Shown here: positions 38,266-51,500 of the stretch, piece by piece
Layout of the letters: every line of letters starts with the position of its first letter
How positions within the stretch are numbered: the first letter of the stretch is position 1
Origin: Trichoplax sp. H2
Lineage: Eukaryota
Length of the DNA: 64,000 bases
Assembly (NCBI GenBank): GCA_003344405.1
Contig: NOWV01000002.1
Coordinates: 1,426,001-1,490,000 of the forward strand
Direction of reading: 5' to 3'
Notes under the pieces: model-generated
The model's input: the letters and a program-made list of their open reading frames with translations, nothing else
Database searches by the model: none
What the model was told of the DNA's origin: nothing
Program-made: the position numbers and the translations under genes

Positions 38266-39034
38266 TTATAAAAGAAACTGACTAAACGCTTCTGAGTAAT
38301 CAACGAGTTTGTAGACGTTGCAATGATAAAAGAAACGTCTCCGAAAAGCCAAAGCTGAAAAATCTTTATAACGCAGTTCCACTTTGAAACATTACAGCAC
38401 TCTTGCTAGGTCTGCTTACATATGAAAATCGAAAAGATCATGAAAAATATAAAAACACTCGTTATAAAAATGAACTCCCTGTATGCTGCTAGTAAAGAAT
38501 CTATAATGCAACAACGCCTATATTCCCGTTAAATTTACGTAATAATGCCAATATCACTCTTATTTATTTGTAATCTAAGGTTATAAATCTAGGTTTAATA
38601 TAGACATACAGTATTTTCACGAAGGGAATCTATATGCCTATAATTGATATGGCTCTCGTATTAGCATGTCTTAAATTATATTATTCAGCCCCGACTTCAA
38701 TGAAATGTTTCTAGCAGGCTTGATGCATAATTTCTGCCATGAATTGGCCCGGATTTGATACGCTTATGGCTTTCATCATACCAAAATAAATTTGTTAAAA
38801 ACTAGAAATTATCATTTTCAATTGAACGATATGATAGATAAGATAATTATATACGATACTAATTTCAAAATTAGCCTTTACAAGACTCGATAATTTATCC
38901 TTAAATTGCTTAGTGTATTCTAGTTGTCGATGTACGAGTGGTATATCATATGTTTATTTACTCCAATCGGCTTCAACTAAATCTAAAGGAGCATTAATAA
39001 TAATTCGCCTTCATTTTATATCGGCTTACGGCAT
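38266..39034 (-). CDS. Candidate 3-exon micro-gene, 50 aa: MPEFIFITSVFIFFMIFSIFISLAFRRRFFYHCNVYKLVDYSEAFSQFLL
   Basis: accATGCC|gtaagc (39030-39034); catacag|...ATAT|gtaagc (38420-38478); tttttcag|...TAA (38266-38354). Phases join to 153 nt. No recognised homology. Confidence 0.3.
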
Positions 39035-42000
39035 GGTACCGATATCTTCGCGAAGATCAAAGGAAAGGGGTGAAATGGAACTATTCTAATGTTTACTTAA
39101 TAAGGAGCCGGCGATATTACTCAATTGCTTGATACGACAATTTAAATATAAAACACTGTAAGCCAAAGTTCATTATCTCTTTTAAGCTGATATCATGCGA
39201 ACAACTTTTCATGGGAAGGGTCATCGATACAAAGAGCGTATTAATTAACTATATCCATCTACCATAATTCAGGTAGTAGTATATAAAAATGCTACTATAA
39301 AAATGCTACTGTTGATCTAAGCTATATCGTAGAAGAGTATACAAATAAGTGCAAATGCCAATCTGATGCTAGCCATGGCCCATAGAGTAGGGGCTTAATA
39401 CACAGACAGTAATAAGCTAAATAGGCTAAAATGAAACGCTAAGATAACGTGATCATTTCTAACAATCCTGTGAAGTGTATTTATTACATACTTAACGACT
39501 ATCTCTTCAGAAATTTAATTGAACCTTTTAGAGTAATATTTCCAAAAGCTACTCGGATTTGACCTAGAAAATTATTTAAATAGAAATTCTTAGCTACACT
39601 TTTGACGTGATCCTATGTACCGTATTTAACCAATGCGCATATTTTCCTTGTAGGTCTTGGTGCCTAGAATTAATTAGAGATATAACGTATCAACAGTAGT
39701 AGTAAATCAAATACAAAGCATTAGAATAAACTGTAAAATGCAGATATCATTCAGTAACACTCTCTGAAGTAGATCTATTTCATATCTTTTTACGGTTGAA
39801 TTCTAAATTGCTGCCGAATTGTAACAGGCCATATATTCTAAAAGAGGTCAACCGACTCCAAAATTAATGACAGAATTACAACGTATACTAAGGTATTGTA
39901 GAAAACCTTGCAATGGGGTTTGTTTGTCAGTATTTTCACGCACATATACTACGTATTATTAATACTCTTTTGAGTTGATATGATACCGTCTTCTTCACAA
40001 AATTGTGTGACTATTTCTGTTATAGTTAGATATTACATTTTCGCTAATTTTACGATTTGTCTTAGAGCAAAAGAATTTCGGAAAAGAAATAACACTTTTA
40101 TCTATAATTACCAAGTATTGATAATATAATATAATATAATACGATACGGCGCTTACATGAAAATACTGATTCGATAAATTCATGTATTCTTGTGCGTCCG
40201 CTGAGATTTTTTTGGTGTCTCAATATTCAAACACCATAAAATACTTGAGAGGAGTCTTATATTAACAATTTCCCCGACTTCTTTCAGGTTTAAATTTTGC
40301 ACACGAATTTTTTATATATATAGAGAACAACACCCAACAATCCTAAAATCTACAGTTAGCCACATTAATGTTATCGCTCAATACGTAATTAATTGTTCTA
40401 GCTTGCTTTAATTTAGACTAAGTAAAAGATATCCGCTGTGAAGTATTAGGCGCAATATACTAGTATATCTTAGGTAAGGTAGAAATGTAAGATATTGCAG
40501 TGCATTTAAATTAGCCTAAAATATCATACTTAAGCCTTATGCCATAAATTTTTTAGTACAGTACATTAAGTAATTCGATCCTAACTTCAGGGAGTAAATA
40601 TAATATGATCTCAAATGTCGTTTCAATTCATAAGTGTGCTTATTTCCAATAGATGAATACGCGTTATAATTAATCAGAGAACTTAATCTCGTTATCGTGA
40701 ATTTTTCACTAAGGTAGTGTATATCAGTGATTTTTAATGGTATGGTATCTACGGTAATACCTGGTTTATAATCGATAGCTTCACAAAGTGCGCTTTAATA
40801 CCTTTAATCTATTTCATTTTCAACATTAAATATCTTAAATTGCTAATAATGCCATCCTAAGGTAGCTCAAGTAATCGTTATGGACTTGACCACATTAACT
40901 TGGGATTAGTTATGATTATTTGGAATTACATATATTGATATCGCTATATGATCATTTTATTCAATTGGCGTCACAAGTATATTTAGGTATTATATAGATA
41001 AATTTAAAACATACGTGTGTGACGTTGATCTCTAAAACTTGAATTACTTTCGAGATTCAATAGCGTCGTGTAATAAACTTTTTTTATTTACACAAGTTTT
41101 ATTAAGGTCAAATCGATCACCACAGTAATTGAAAAGGAACTTCCGTTATACTTTAGTATTGAAATTTTTTACCAACTAGCAAGTATTCGAGCGACTATTT
41201 ATTGTGATCTAAAATAAATCCAATTTCCTTCGTGAGAAATTCTCATGAAATTAATACTTTATTTACGAATGGAGCAACAACAGAAAATTTTTTTAAAATT
41301 AAGCCTTCTGCTAATTACCGTATTGTATCACATACTAAATTAAAGGATATTCTCATTAAATTATTATATAGTATTTCATCTGATCTCCCTATTTTGTAAT
41401 CCGTGAAATTCAATCTGCTTAGTAATTTCATCTCACAGAATTAAATGAAGAACTTTTTTTCAGGACAATCACTTATTAAAAATATTTTTTACTTAGCTCA
41501 TATTCGACTGTCCACGTCATAGCTACAAAATTTTCAGTATTCATCATGAAAAATACAATGCACTACTAATCAACGATACAGTATAATCGTATTTATAAGT
41601 ATAAATGTAGTTACTTTTGCCTATTGCTGTAAAAACAAGGTCAAGAACGACTAATCATCAATTAAACCTAAGCTTTTGCCTCATTGTATCTGCTCCATAG
41701 TATCTTAGTAGCGCAATTCGTAGTACCAGTAGTCGATTTAGTTTACATTTTTGTTATTTATTAAGAGAGTGTACATTATTATACTACGTTAAAATTTGCT
41801 AAAAGAAACAATATGATTTTTTATTATAATCGTCAATCGATTTATATATCAACTTCACATTCACTAGATGGATTACTTTTATGTCATAAACTTCATTATT
41901 TCTTCATTTCCTTCCTAAATTTAGCTGCAACAATAGAAATCCACAGCCGTGTTATCCGCCGCTTTGCAACTGATGTGATTCTTGAAAATATCTTTTCTTG

Positions 42001-44540
42001 TAAGATTATCCTTTGAAAGAGTTATAGAATTAAATCTATATGCGTACGTGTGTAATTTGCTTATTCTTTTTCAACATGAAAGATTTTTCCACTACTTAAT
42101 TCATCGATTGCATTAATGACTGCATGAACTATTGATCTTCTTGTTATCTCTAAGATTGGAATAACTTAGACTCTTCCTATGCTGGCGCGTGCCAAGCTAA
42201 ATATGAAAAGCGCAATTTTATCACTTTTTATTACATACTGATGCTATATCGATGTGATCATCATGGACATATTTTGAAAAGATAAAAACATTTTAGTAGT
42301 TTAGACCTTGTTAATAACTTAGAGTTAGCATTGCAGTTTGGTAACAGAATGCAAGGCAATTTCATTTTCCAGAACAGAAGAGCATTCAAGTTCTATCTGC
42401 TATTTATATGCTTTTAAACTGGCATATTCGTTTATTAATAAACTTAAAAATCGCAAATATTCATCTCTTAGATTACATTTAGCAGCCTATTCAATAAGAT
42501 CTAAATCAGCATACATATCATTATAGTATATAGTACAATTAAACTATCAAAATGGACATGCATTTATTAAGCAATTTGATTGTACAGTATACGCATTTTT
42601 ATGGGAATAGAAGGCGTTATGGATCAAAATAATAAGCGGATAAAATAGGTAGAAATTGATAAAAATTTGCTACGAAGCTAATATAACTTCTAGCTAAAAG
42701 ATTAGCAATATGATTTTCGTAGCTTGTACGAATGAAAGCTTCATTACGTTCTCATATTTTAGTCGTTTCTGATTAATTTGGTGTATTAGGCTATTTGTCA
42801 CAATGCATAATTTTACTGACCAGAATTATCGGTTAATTAAGAAGTCAATTTTATTATTTACCCATCCTTATAATAAACTGAAATTGAGGTTATAAATGAA
42901 ATAAAATAAAAGAATAAAGCGCGCAAACTTATATATATATTGATATAAACAGCAAGATCATTTAAAGCGTTCATTTTATTATTTATCGCTTTTATAAATT
43001 AAAGGGAAGTTATGTATCAAATAAGAAACGAACTTACCGTATTAAAAAGACAGATTATTATAATATACTATTGCTACTTAACTGACATACTAGTACCAAT
43101 GCAGTAATTAATTGAAATTTAACAATATCAGCTACAATATTAAATTAACAAATAGTTTAGTTGGATCTCAAGTGATATAGTATATTATTATTGGTCAGAT
43201 TAGCTTCCCTGTTTAATCGCATTTTTAGAATAGATTGTATTTGATAGCCAGACTTTCTTATTTGCATGTCTTAAATTAAATTTGCATCGATAAAGAGTTA
43301 TAAAATATTAATTTGATTGCGTTGCTATTACTGAGATGATTATATTGATATAATGAAAATTCTGACTTGAAAGTCCAAATATTAATTTTAAAACAGAAAA
43401 TTGATGCGATCTAATCTCGGTATCATACGTAATTGGTTTGGCAAATATGAAACAGAAGCACCTAAAATTAAGTATATCTGACGGCCACTTTATTGTTAAC
43501 ACATTTTCCTAGTACTGTAACTGTAGAATCAGAATATGAATCATTAAGGATAGAAATAAGAATAAAATAATTAAGAAACATTTTATATTTCAAGCTGGAT
43601 GGTCTGTTTATAGTGTAAATAGAATAATCGATTTAATCTAAGCATATCATTATATTGTTTTATGACACATAATTCTACCATCAGGGCGAGAGAATTACTG
43701 ATTCATCAACGTATTATTCATAAGTTTCATTGTAATCAGTGAAAGAAAATCGAGATCAAATAACCGGTAAAAGTAAATAAGTTTGATTTTGGATTTCTGT
43801 GATTGAAACATGGCTAAAGAGCTCAACGGTACATGAAAACAATGCACTCTTCGACAGCTTTTCGGTTGCTATTATTTAATTTAATTTATGTTTGCCGTCA
43901 GTTTTGCTTTTGATCGGCTAAATTTTAATAATCAATAGCTAAAGATAGAATCTAAATAAGTGATGAGTAAATTCATCGATTAGATTTTAATTGTTTAAGT
44001 GCAAAACAATTTTTTATTTTGATAACAATATTAGTTTTAGATCGGTCGAATACCTTAATTAATTGAAGTTATTGTTCTATCTAGATGAGTTTTGTAATAT
44101 GGTAACTCTAGATTTGTCTTCAATTTGTTACATAAAGTTGAATAGCACCAATTCTATTGGTCGGTCTTGACTGCCTCACTAGCAAATAGAATCCTTTAAA
44201 TTTCTTGATTATCCGACGAGCTGTTTATTTTCATCGATTTATTTCTAGTCGTGAAGTCTAAGTTACATAAGAACATCTCAACACTTCATCTACTGTGCAT
44301 TCTAAGCCTTTGAGACATTTGAATAAAATAAATTATTTAAGAGTTCAAGTTATATTTTGACTTTAATTTATTGCAATTGACGGTTAAGAGCGCATCGTAC
44401 TTCCCGCCCATTAAAGAAAGACTACTATAAGAGAATAGCGTGAGAAATACGAAGATATTAAATCAAGCGCTTCTGCTTTTTTTACTTCTTACTGTATCGT
44501 CACGGTGTTAATTCTTATATCTATCGACGAAGAAACAAAA

Positions 44541-45593
44541 ATGTCTAATTACAGTTCTTATTCGACATTTCTTGATCAGGATATAGTTCGTGGAGTATGT
44601 TGGTCTTTAGCCATCATCAGTATGCCATGCAACCTTATTGTTATTATTCGATTGCTCTATTTTAATTATCGATATTCTAAAACGACTTCTAAAAAATCGG
44701 CTTTTTCTCTCCGTCATCATCGATTTGCTATTAGTCGTAATCCATCTATCTTTTTGCTGTTTAATTTAACTCTAAGCGATCTTGTCAGTAGTTTATATCT
44801 ACTAATCTTAGCCTTTAGCGACGTTTATTACACTGATTATTATCGAAACAAATACGGATTATACCCTGATTATTCTAACATCACCAACGATTGGGTTCTT
44901 AGTTCTACTTGCACTTTCGAAAGAATTCTCAGTCAGATTGCCCTACTGATATCAATACTGATGACTTTTGTGGTTGCTGTTGATCGATTTATTTTAGTTG
45001 TTTATCCGCACAGTCGTCGCAAGATAACAGTTAAAGGTGCGCGCATTATTTCTCTTGTCTGTTGGCTGTTTGCACTAGTTATCGCTATCGTGGCCATTGC
45101 TTATTCATTGGAAAGTGTGGCATCCCGCCCTAGGACTCGACGTGATATTCTTGCTCAACTTTGCCTTACCGATTCAAGTCGAAGTTTTGTTGTTTTTGTA
45201 ATTACTTTTTTCGAGTTATTTCTTGGGTGTAGCATGTATGTTACAGCAATGATATTATATATCATAATATGTGTCAAATTAAAGCAATCAAAACAGTTTA
45301 GATCCGATTCATCTAATCGTATTGAGAAGCGAATTAGCATTATTTTGGCGTCCGTGGTATTTACTAATGTTTTCACGTACCTACCAATTACACTAATTTC
45401 TATACTTGGTCGTTATATTCCTGGCTTCAACTCCGGCCAGTTGTTTCCAACACTGGTTATTCTACTGTACTTAAATGCTGCAGTTAATCCAATCCTCTTA
45501 TTGACAATGAGTGCTGGTGCCGTCTCCAATGGTAATGGCAATAAAATTATTCATAGTGCAACGAATACATCTGGCAAAATAAACACGACATAA
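44541..45593 (+). CDS. Class A GPCR with an LGR/RXFP/GRL101-like 7TM domain, single coding exon, no LRR ectodomain visible
   Basis: 350-aa ORF from the ATG at 44541. Motifs: IVRGVCWSLAIISMPCN (TM1), FNLTLSDLVSSLYLLILAFSDVYY (TM2), WVLSSTC, AVDRF, YLPI (TM6) and LNAAVNPIL (TM7). Confidence 0.9.
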   Translation: MSNYSSYSTFLDQDIVRGVCWSLAIISMPCNLIVIIRLLYFNYRYSKTTSKKSAFSLRHHRFAISRNPSIFLLFNLTLSDLVSSLYLLILAFSDVYYTDYYRNKYGLYPDYSNITNDWVLSSTCTFERILSQIALLISILMTFVVAVDRFILVVYPHSRRKITVKGARIISLVCWLFALVIAIVAIAYSLESVASRPRTRRDILAQLCLTDSSRSFVVFVITFFELFLGCSMYVTAMILYIIICVKLKQSKQFRSDSSNRIEKRISIILASVVFTNVFTYLPITLISILGRYIPGFNSGQLFPTLVILLYLNAAVNPILLLTMSAGAVSNGNGNKIIHSATNTSGKINTT

Positions 45594-48500
45594 TTATTGA
45601 TCAACCGCCACTCTTAATAGCCAAGCCTTAACTACCAATACTTTAAAATTAGATATGCAGTCATCGTGCCCACTACATAATATTAAAATTGTGTCTGTCA
45701 TGAGTTATGGAGGTAACATTCTTCAGTTTTAGACCTTCTCTATTATGTGTTGTAAGTGTATTTGATAGTTCCTTCCTTGATTGTATAAAAAATTGTGTCA
45801 TTTCAATTTCAGAAATTAGAGTTATTGCAGTTCAGATTACAAGTTTTAGAATTATCCCACGTCTTATGAGTAGATTAGCTGTCAATCAATGTGGTATTCT
45901 AAAGGAGCAATTTTCCTTAAGTTTCCAAATTGTGTGCTAAATTTGATTTATAACTTACTTTAATCTCTAGATTATATAGGATTATCATGTGAATTATCGT
46001 ATATATAATATTGTGAACTTCCGTTGATCGATGAAATTTATCTTATTATGTAAGTTATGAATTGTTAACGCTAGATATTTCAGTATAAATAGTAGCGATA
46101 CTTCCATTTTATGATCATGCTTAGAATTTATTCATATCTTTTAATGCCTTGGTTATTTAAACAGCTAGCATCCGAATAAGTATCGTAATTTTAGTGAGCA
46201 CATAGTTTCAGTTCTAGCTATTATTTCCGTATCATAGAATCGAAAATGTGTATCTTATTATGATGAAAATCTTTACCTCAGTATTAATATCGTCAATAGC
46301 GGAGCAAGTTTATAACTTTATACGAGTACATACATCAGGAATCCACCTGTGAGTTTAAGTATGAATTAAGTAAATATCGTGTTAGGCAGCAGTAATTAAT
46401 TTTTATTATCTAGATTGGGCGTATATAAATTCATTATTATCCGAATTCATCGTCATCATTAAGCCCTGCGAATAACGGAAGAAGGGCATTTATACACCTG
46501 TATCTATACTAAAGCTGATTTCTTTTGGACTACATTCTGATTACGTTCAATATTGAGCCAGTAATAACGTAGGTGTTGAGCACCATTAGATTCACTAAGT
46601 AAATGGTATCTGTAATTATAATTTAAACTGTAAATTCAACTAGACACGATCAAAATATTTCAATAGAAGTATAAGTACCTAAGTAATGTCAGAAATGAAT
46701 ATGATTAAATACGGTTGTAATGACCGAGTAACAGTCTCCTGCTATTACTATAGGTTCACTAACGTAACCCAAAATTTGAATTAACAAAAATTGAGTAATT
46801 CCCTAATGTGACAGTCTTATAGTAGACACTGTACAAGTGTGCCATCTCATCCTATTAGCCACCCACCTACTATACTACTTTAATTAGCTGAAATAATTAC
46901 AATGGTACTTTCCAACAATTTTCGCTCCTAGGTTCTGCCTTTATAATTGCCTGTAAAGTATAAGTGTAAACAGTGTGTTTCGTGGATTAAATTATGGTGT
47001 TAAATTAGCGTTTGAATTCTTATACTAATATTTAATATCATTAATTGCGAAATGATTGCTTTTGACTAATCTAGCCCCAGCTGAATAAATTTAAATGGAA
47101 TACAATTATTTCTAATGATTTTCAATGATAGGCTATAATCATACCAGTTGCATAAATGCCGTTCTATATAGACGAGTGTCACAACTCACTAGTTGGAACA
47201 AGAAAAATACAAGTCATCTTAAGACACAAAGTCAAGTTTTTGAACGAAAGTCGTTAACAACAGTTATCTTTATTTTAAGAGAAACTCTGGTTATATAGAA
47301 AGCATTTATGCGTAAAAATGTTATTATTGCCATCTCTATCTCTTAATTTAGTGTTCATCACCCTAGTAAATATATAAACACATTTCCCTATCTTATCCCA
47401 CTTTTTCTAGAACTCTTGTCTAGAACAGCGTTCGTCGACTATAATATTAACTATGCAATCGTAATCATGATATTAAAATACTCTAATAATAGTTTTACTA
47501 AATTTAGTATCAGTAAGGTATCGGTATATCAGCAAATACATAAGGATCTTATAAAAACATAAATATCCTATTTTAAGACCTATTCTTACTTATGTGCATT
47601 TTAATACCCCAAAGTTATAAAGTTTATACTTTATAATACTAACGGTATTGTAACAACGAGATATAAGTTATCAAGCATAATATTATTAGCAAGAGATAAA
47701 TTTACTGAGAAAACATTTGCTTATCCAATATCAAAGATTTAATTAAATTGTGGGTCTACCTTCAGTGTTACCGCAACTACAATTCTAGCTATCATTATTC
47801 ATTAATTATAAGACTGTTATTAACACAAGAATTTTAATAATAGTACGAAGACATAGATGGTTTATGATTAAATATTAGTATTGAATGAATAAAACTACCG
47901 ACATTAACATCAATGGAGATACCATGGAGATTTTGTTTCTTGTGAACTTTTTCGTTCACAGATACAATAAAAGGATTGTCGTTATCACAGTATTCTAAAT
48001 AATTAAGGTCTATTTTAGTTTCATAATTTACAGCACCAAAGGGATTGACACCGTATGAAAGCATGATTTTATTACTAAATAAGCAGAATAGCAGCTATTA
48101 CTTTCATATCAAATTTAATTTAATGTCACAATAGCACCGTCGCTATCGAAGCTAGATACTGTTATAGTTACGACATTAAATTTTTTATATTGATCTAACT
48201 TCAATTGAAACTATTTAACGTTATTGTTATCGTTAGAATCAATAACTTTAACCTTACTAACTTGCTACTGAAGATCTTGCATTTACTTCGGTGGTTTATT
48301 TATTTAGCTGAGATTGATAAGCTTTCTTGGAAATCATGTTGCTTCGATTCTATTGAATTGAAATCACAGATATTGATATAAAAGAGAAAATCTTTGATTG
48401 TATACTTCTCGAATAAGTCTTATTTTTCCTCTATTTTATAGCTTAGTCAGTACTTTGGTCAATAGAAAGGATGAAAAATTAATGTTTACGTTAAACATGG

Positions 48501-51500
48501 CCTCTTTTACTGCATGGGTGATTAATTATTGTTGACCATGCGCGATACTTGATCAGGTTTAGATGTATGAAATGCTCTTAAAATGTGTACTAAAAATGGC
48601 CTACAGTTAGGACAATTCTTCGACGTTAAAGCCTTTATGTTAGTATTTACCTTTATTGATGTGGTTTATTGTAGTACAGTCCATGTTATTGGTTAATCTA
48701 CAGTGCTGGGTAAATGGAATGTATGTTAGATCAGGAACCTCCGAGGGGAAATTCAATTTTCTGTTAGAATTCCCTAATTAGACTTGCTTTGCCATACGTT
48801 TGTCATCGTTACTTCAGCTCATGGTACAAATTTCTTAGTTATAATTTATCGTTTAGCTGTGTTAAGAAGAATTTTTCTTTCATCTAATCATCAGGACATT
48901 ACATTTCCTCTATTCCTATTTGAAAACTGGATGTGATATGGCTCTATTTACAGCTACTGCTAAATGACGTGAATAAGAAAAATTACACTTGAATAACTAA
49001 AATGAAAAGGGTATTAACTGACTTATCTGTTGAACTGATCAAGTAGTATAGAATTAAGGAAAGTACTCGTTATTTTAGAAAGTTGAATTGCTATAAAATT
49101 GATATTTATGATAAAATAACAATTATATTCAATATTAAATGGCTAAACTTTAATGTCGTTGATTCAATCTATCAAGATTAGCTTTCATCTTCGAAGGATA
49201 AATAATTAAGATTAGTTTCAATTATTAATTAGAAGTATGAGCTGACATCAGTTACAAGATGGTCTTACTGCTTTAGTCGCTATAGCCAAACATGTATATA
49301 TTATTCAGATATACAATAGAGATTAAAATATGATAAAAAATATGTTAATGGCAAAGTAGACATTAAATTAACTGTGATACTATTAACAATTGTTTTATTT
49401 TTTCCTTCATCAATGCATTCAGAAATAGTCTATGCACTGGCTACCATGATGAGTCAGTATGCTAATCTCGACAATCACAATTTTAAATTGCCGTAATATC
49501 TATTGTAGTATCTTCATAACTACTAAAGCTATTCAATAGGTATTATCTTTTTATCTTCGTATTTTATAATAGAAATAGAATTATTATCCGCTATACAGAA
49601 AATGAGAAAGAGACTTGGGTTTCTAAAATGTACTATCGTCTCATATTGTAAAAATGTCCTAACTCTTAGATTGCTTCGCTTCTAAAGTATTACTTTTAAA
49701 AGTTGTCTGCGTCAAGTTTCTGCTATGAAAATATCATGCCATATTTTAAGATAGATCATACTTTGCATAGCAGGCTATTCTCTACTACTAACGTTTAATA
49801 AATTCAAAAGCAATGTCGTCAATGAAGCTCTGTAATGCAGTAGTGCACACATATTTTTCTTGTCTGTGACAGTTTTGACTTTAAATTGGGGTTTTTAGTG
49901 ACGCAGAAATGATTTGAGCTATTGTACAAAACTTAACCTTAAAGTAAGGTATCATCATATTAATTTCATTTGATACTCTATTCTTTAAGTTTTTTAACAA
50001 CTGCTCTTGTAAGCATTAATATTGATATATCAGATTAAAACAACATTTTACCTATGATTCCAAGTAGATATTACTAGCAACTAAAGATTGCTTAAATGAG
50101 TTGTATAGATAAGAAACTCGCTTACATTTAAGAAATTGCTGATGCAATTGTTTCCAGGTATAATTTTTACTGTTATAATGTACAACGCTAGCAATCAGAA
50201 GTTAAAGGTCATGTGAAATAAATAAAATTTTCAAACTTTTAATCAACGTGATGGAATGACAAATTTGCCTTCCAGATTCAGTTTGTAATATAAACAAGAA
50301 TACCAGCCTCTGATTCAAATACTATTTAGCTACGTTGCTTTTATTAATTGATTCCAGAATAACGAGTTATATGAATTCATAGTTAACACAAGGATCCATA
50401 ATAAATACCGTCGTTAATTTTATAATATTATTTCCTGTCTTTACTGTTTTAGTCAACGAGCTATGATATAGATAAGATTTCTGCATCGCAAATTTTTAGC
50501 TAACATCAATTTCTCAGATGGATTAACCAAATAAGAGAATTAGTTTAACATCATTTGCTTGCTCTGGATGATTCAATTTTAGGCTATCTGTAATAAAACT
50601 ACGGTATTAACATGTGTAGAGCACAGGTAATGTCATACATTAAACTAATTGTCAGATATAAATAAGAACCTTTTAACATTCCTTACTACAACATGATATT
50701 ATGTTTCCAAAAGTATGGCAAATATTACCGTACCATTATAATTGATAATTATCACATAGGTATAATATTTATATATGTAGATTTCACAGATGTAATCTCT
50801 AACTAAATTAATTATTGCATAGTCTTAATAAAGCGATCAATTATCCGTTTAGGATGTAAGGAATATAGCTATATTATTACATTCATTTTATATCACAGGC
50901 GAACGATAATTTTTTGTAAACTATAAGGGTGCAAGTACAGCTTTCAAATTTATTACGGCTTCATACAGTAACTGTAGCAATTGAAATGGAAGAAATGCCG
51001 CTTGAAATCGTGTGGTAAGGAGAGCAAAGTTGTTTATACTCTTAATAAAGAAAGATTTGATAATGATGTTGCAATTTCTCTACTTTTTAGAAGACACCAT
51101 AGCTAGTGGGAAAGCCTTTTCATTCCTGCTTTGAAATAAAAGTACAAATCTTGAATTGATTGGGACTATTTTAATTTTTATCAGATATATTTTAATTATT
51201 AGATGGATCTAAAATACTTTGACGTTCCGAATGCATTGGAAGAAGTTCTATTTAACCATTAGCGTGAAGATTTCTATTTATTATTTAATTTTTGCGAACT
51301 GCATTTAAATACATCGGAACAAGCCCTAACTTCAATGCAGAGATATCAACTTGTTATTTGCATGAAATACATTATTTTGAGCGTGCGGTAAGTAAATAGA
51401 GACTATATTAAATAGATATTTTAGGATAAATTACGTATTTTATCTTTATGTATGAAAGCTGTTCATAAGAATATTGTACACTGAGAAGGTTATTAATGTA

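Larger units (their letters stand above)
33795..41508. repeat. Diverged tandem segmental duplication: copy A ~33795-38046, copy B ~38050-41508
   Basis: Collinear shared blocks, e.g. tccagcttcagaa (33816/38071), cgagtttgtagacgttgcaatgataaaagaaacgtctccg (34052/38304), attcagccccga (34424/38683), aaaacttgaattactttcgagattcaatagc (37577/41034) and caggacaatcact (37997/41461). Each copy has its own insertions. Confidence 0.93.

Noticed and set aside
45155..45376. Antisense ORF within the GPCR
   Set aside because: Shadow of the GPCR coding strand.
50969..51014. F-box-like MEEMPLEIVW exon
   Set aside because: Found no downstream acceptor that continues an F-box motif in frame.
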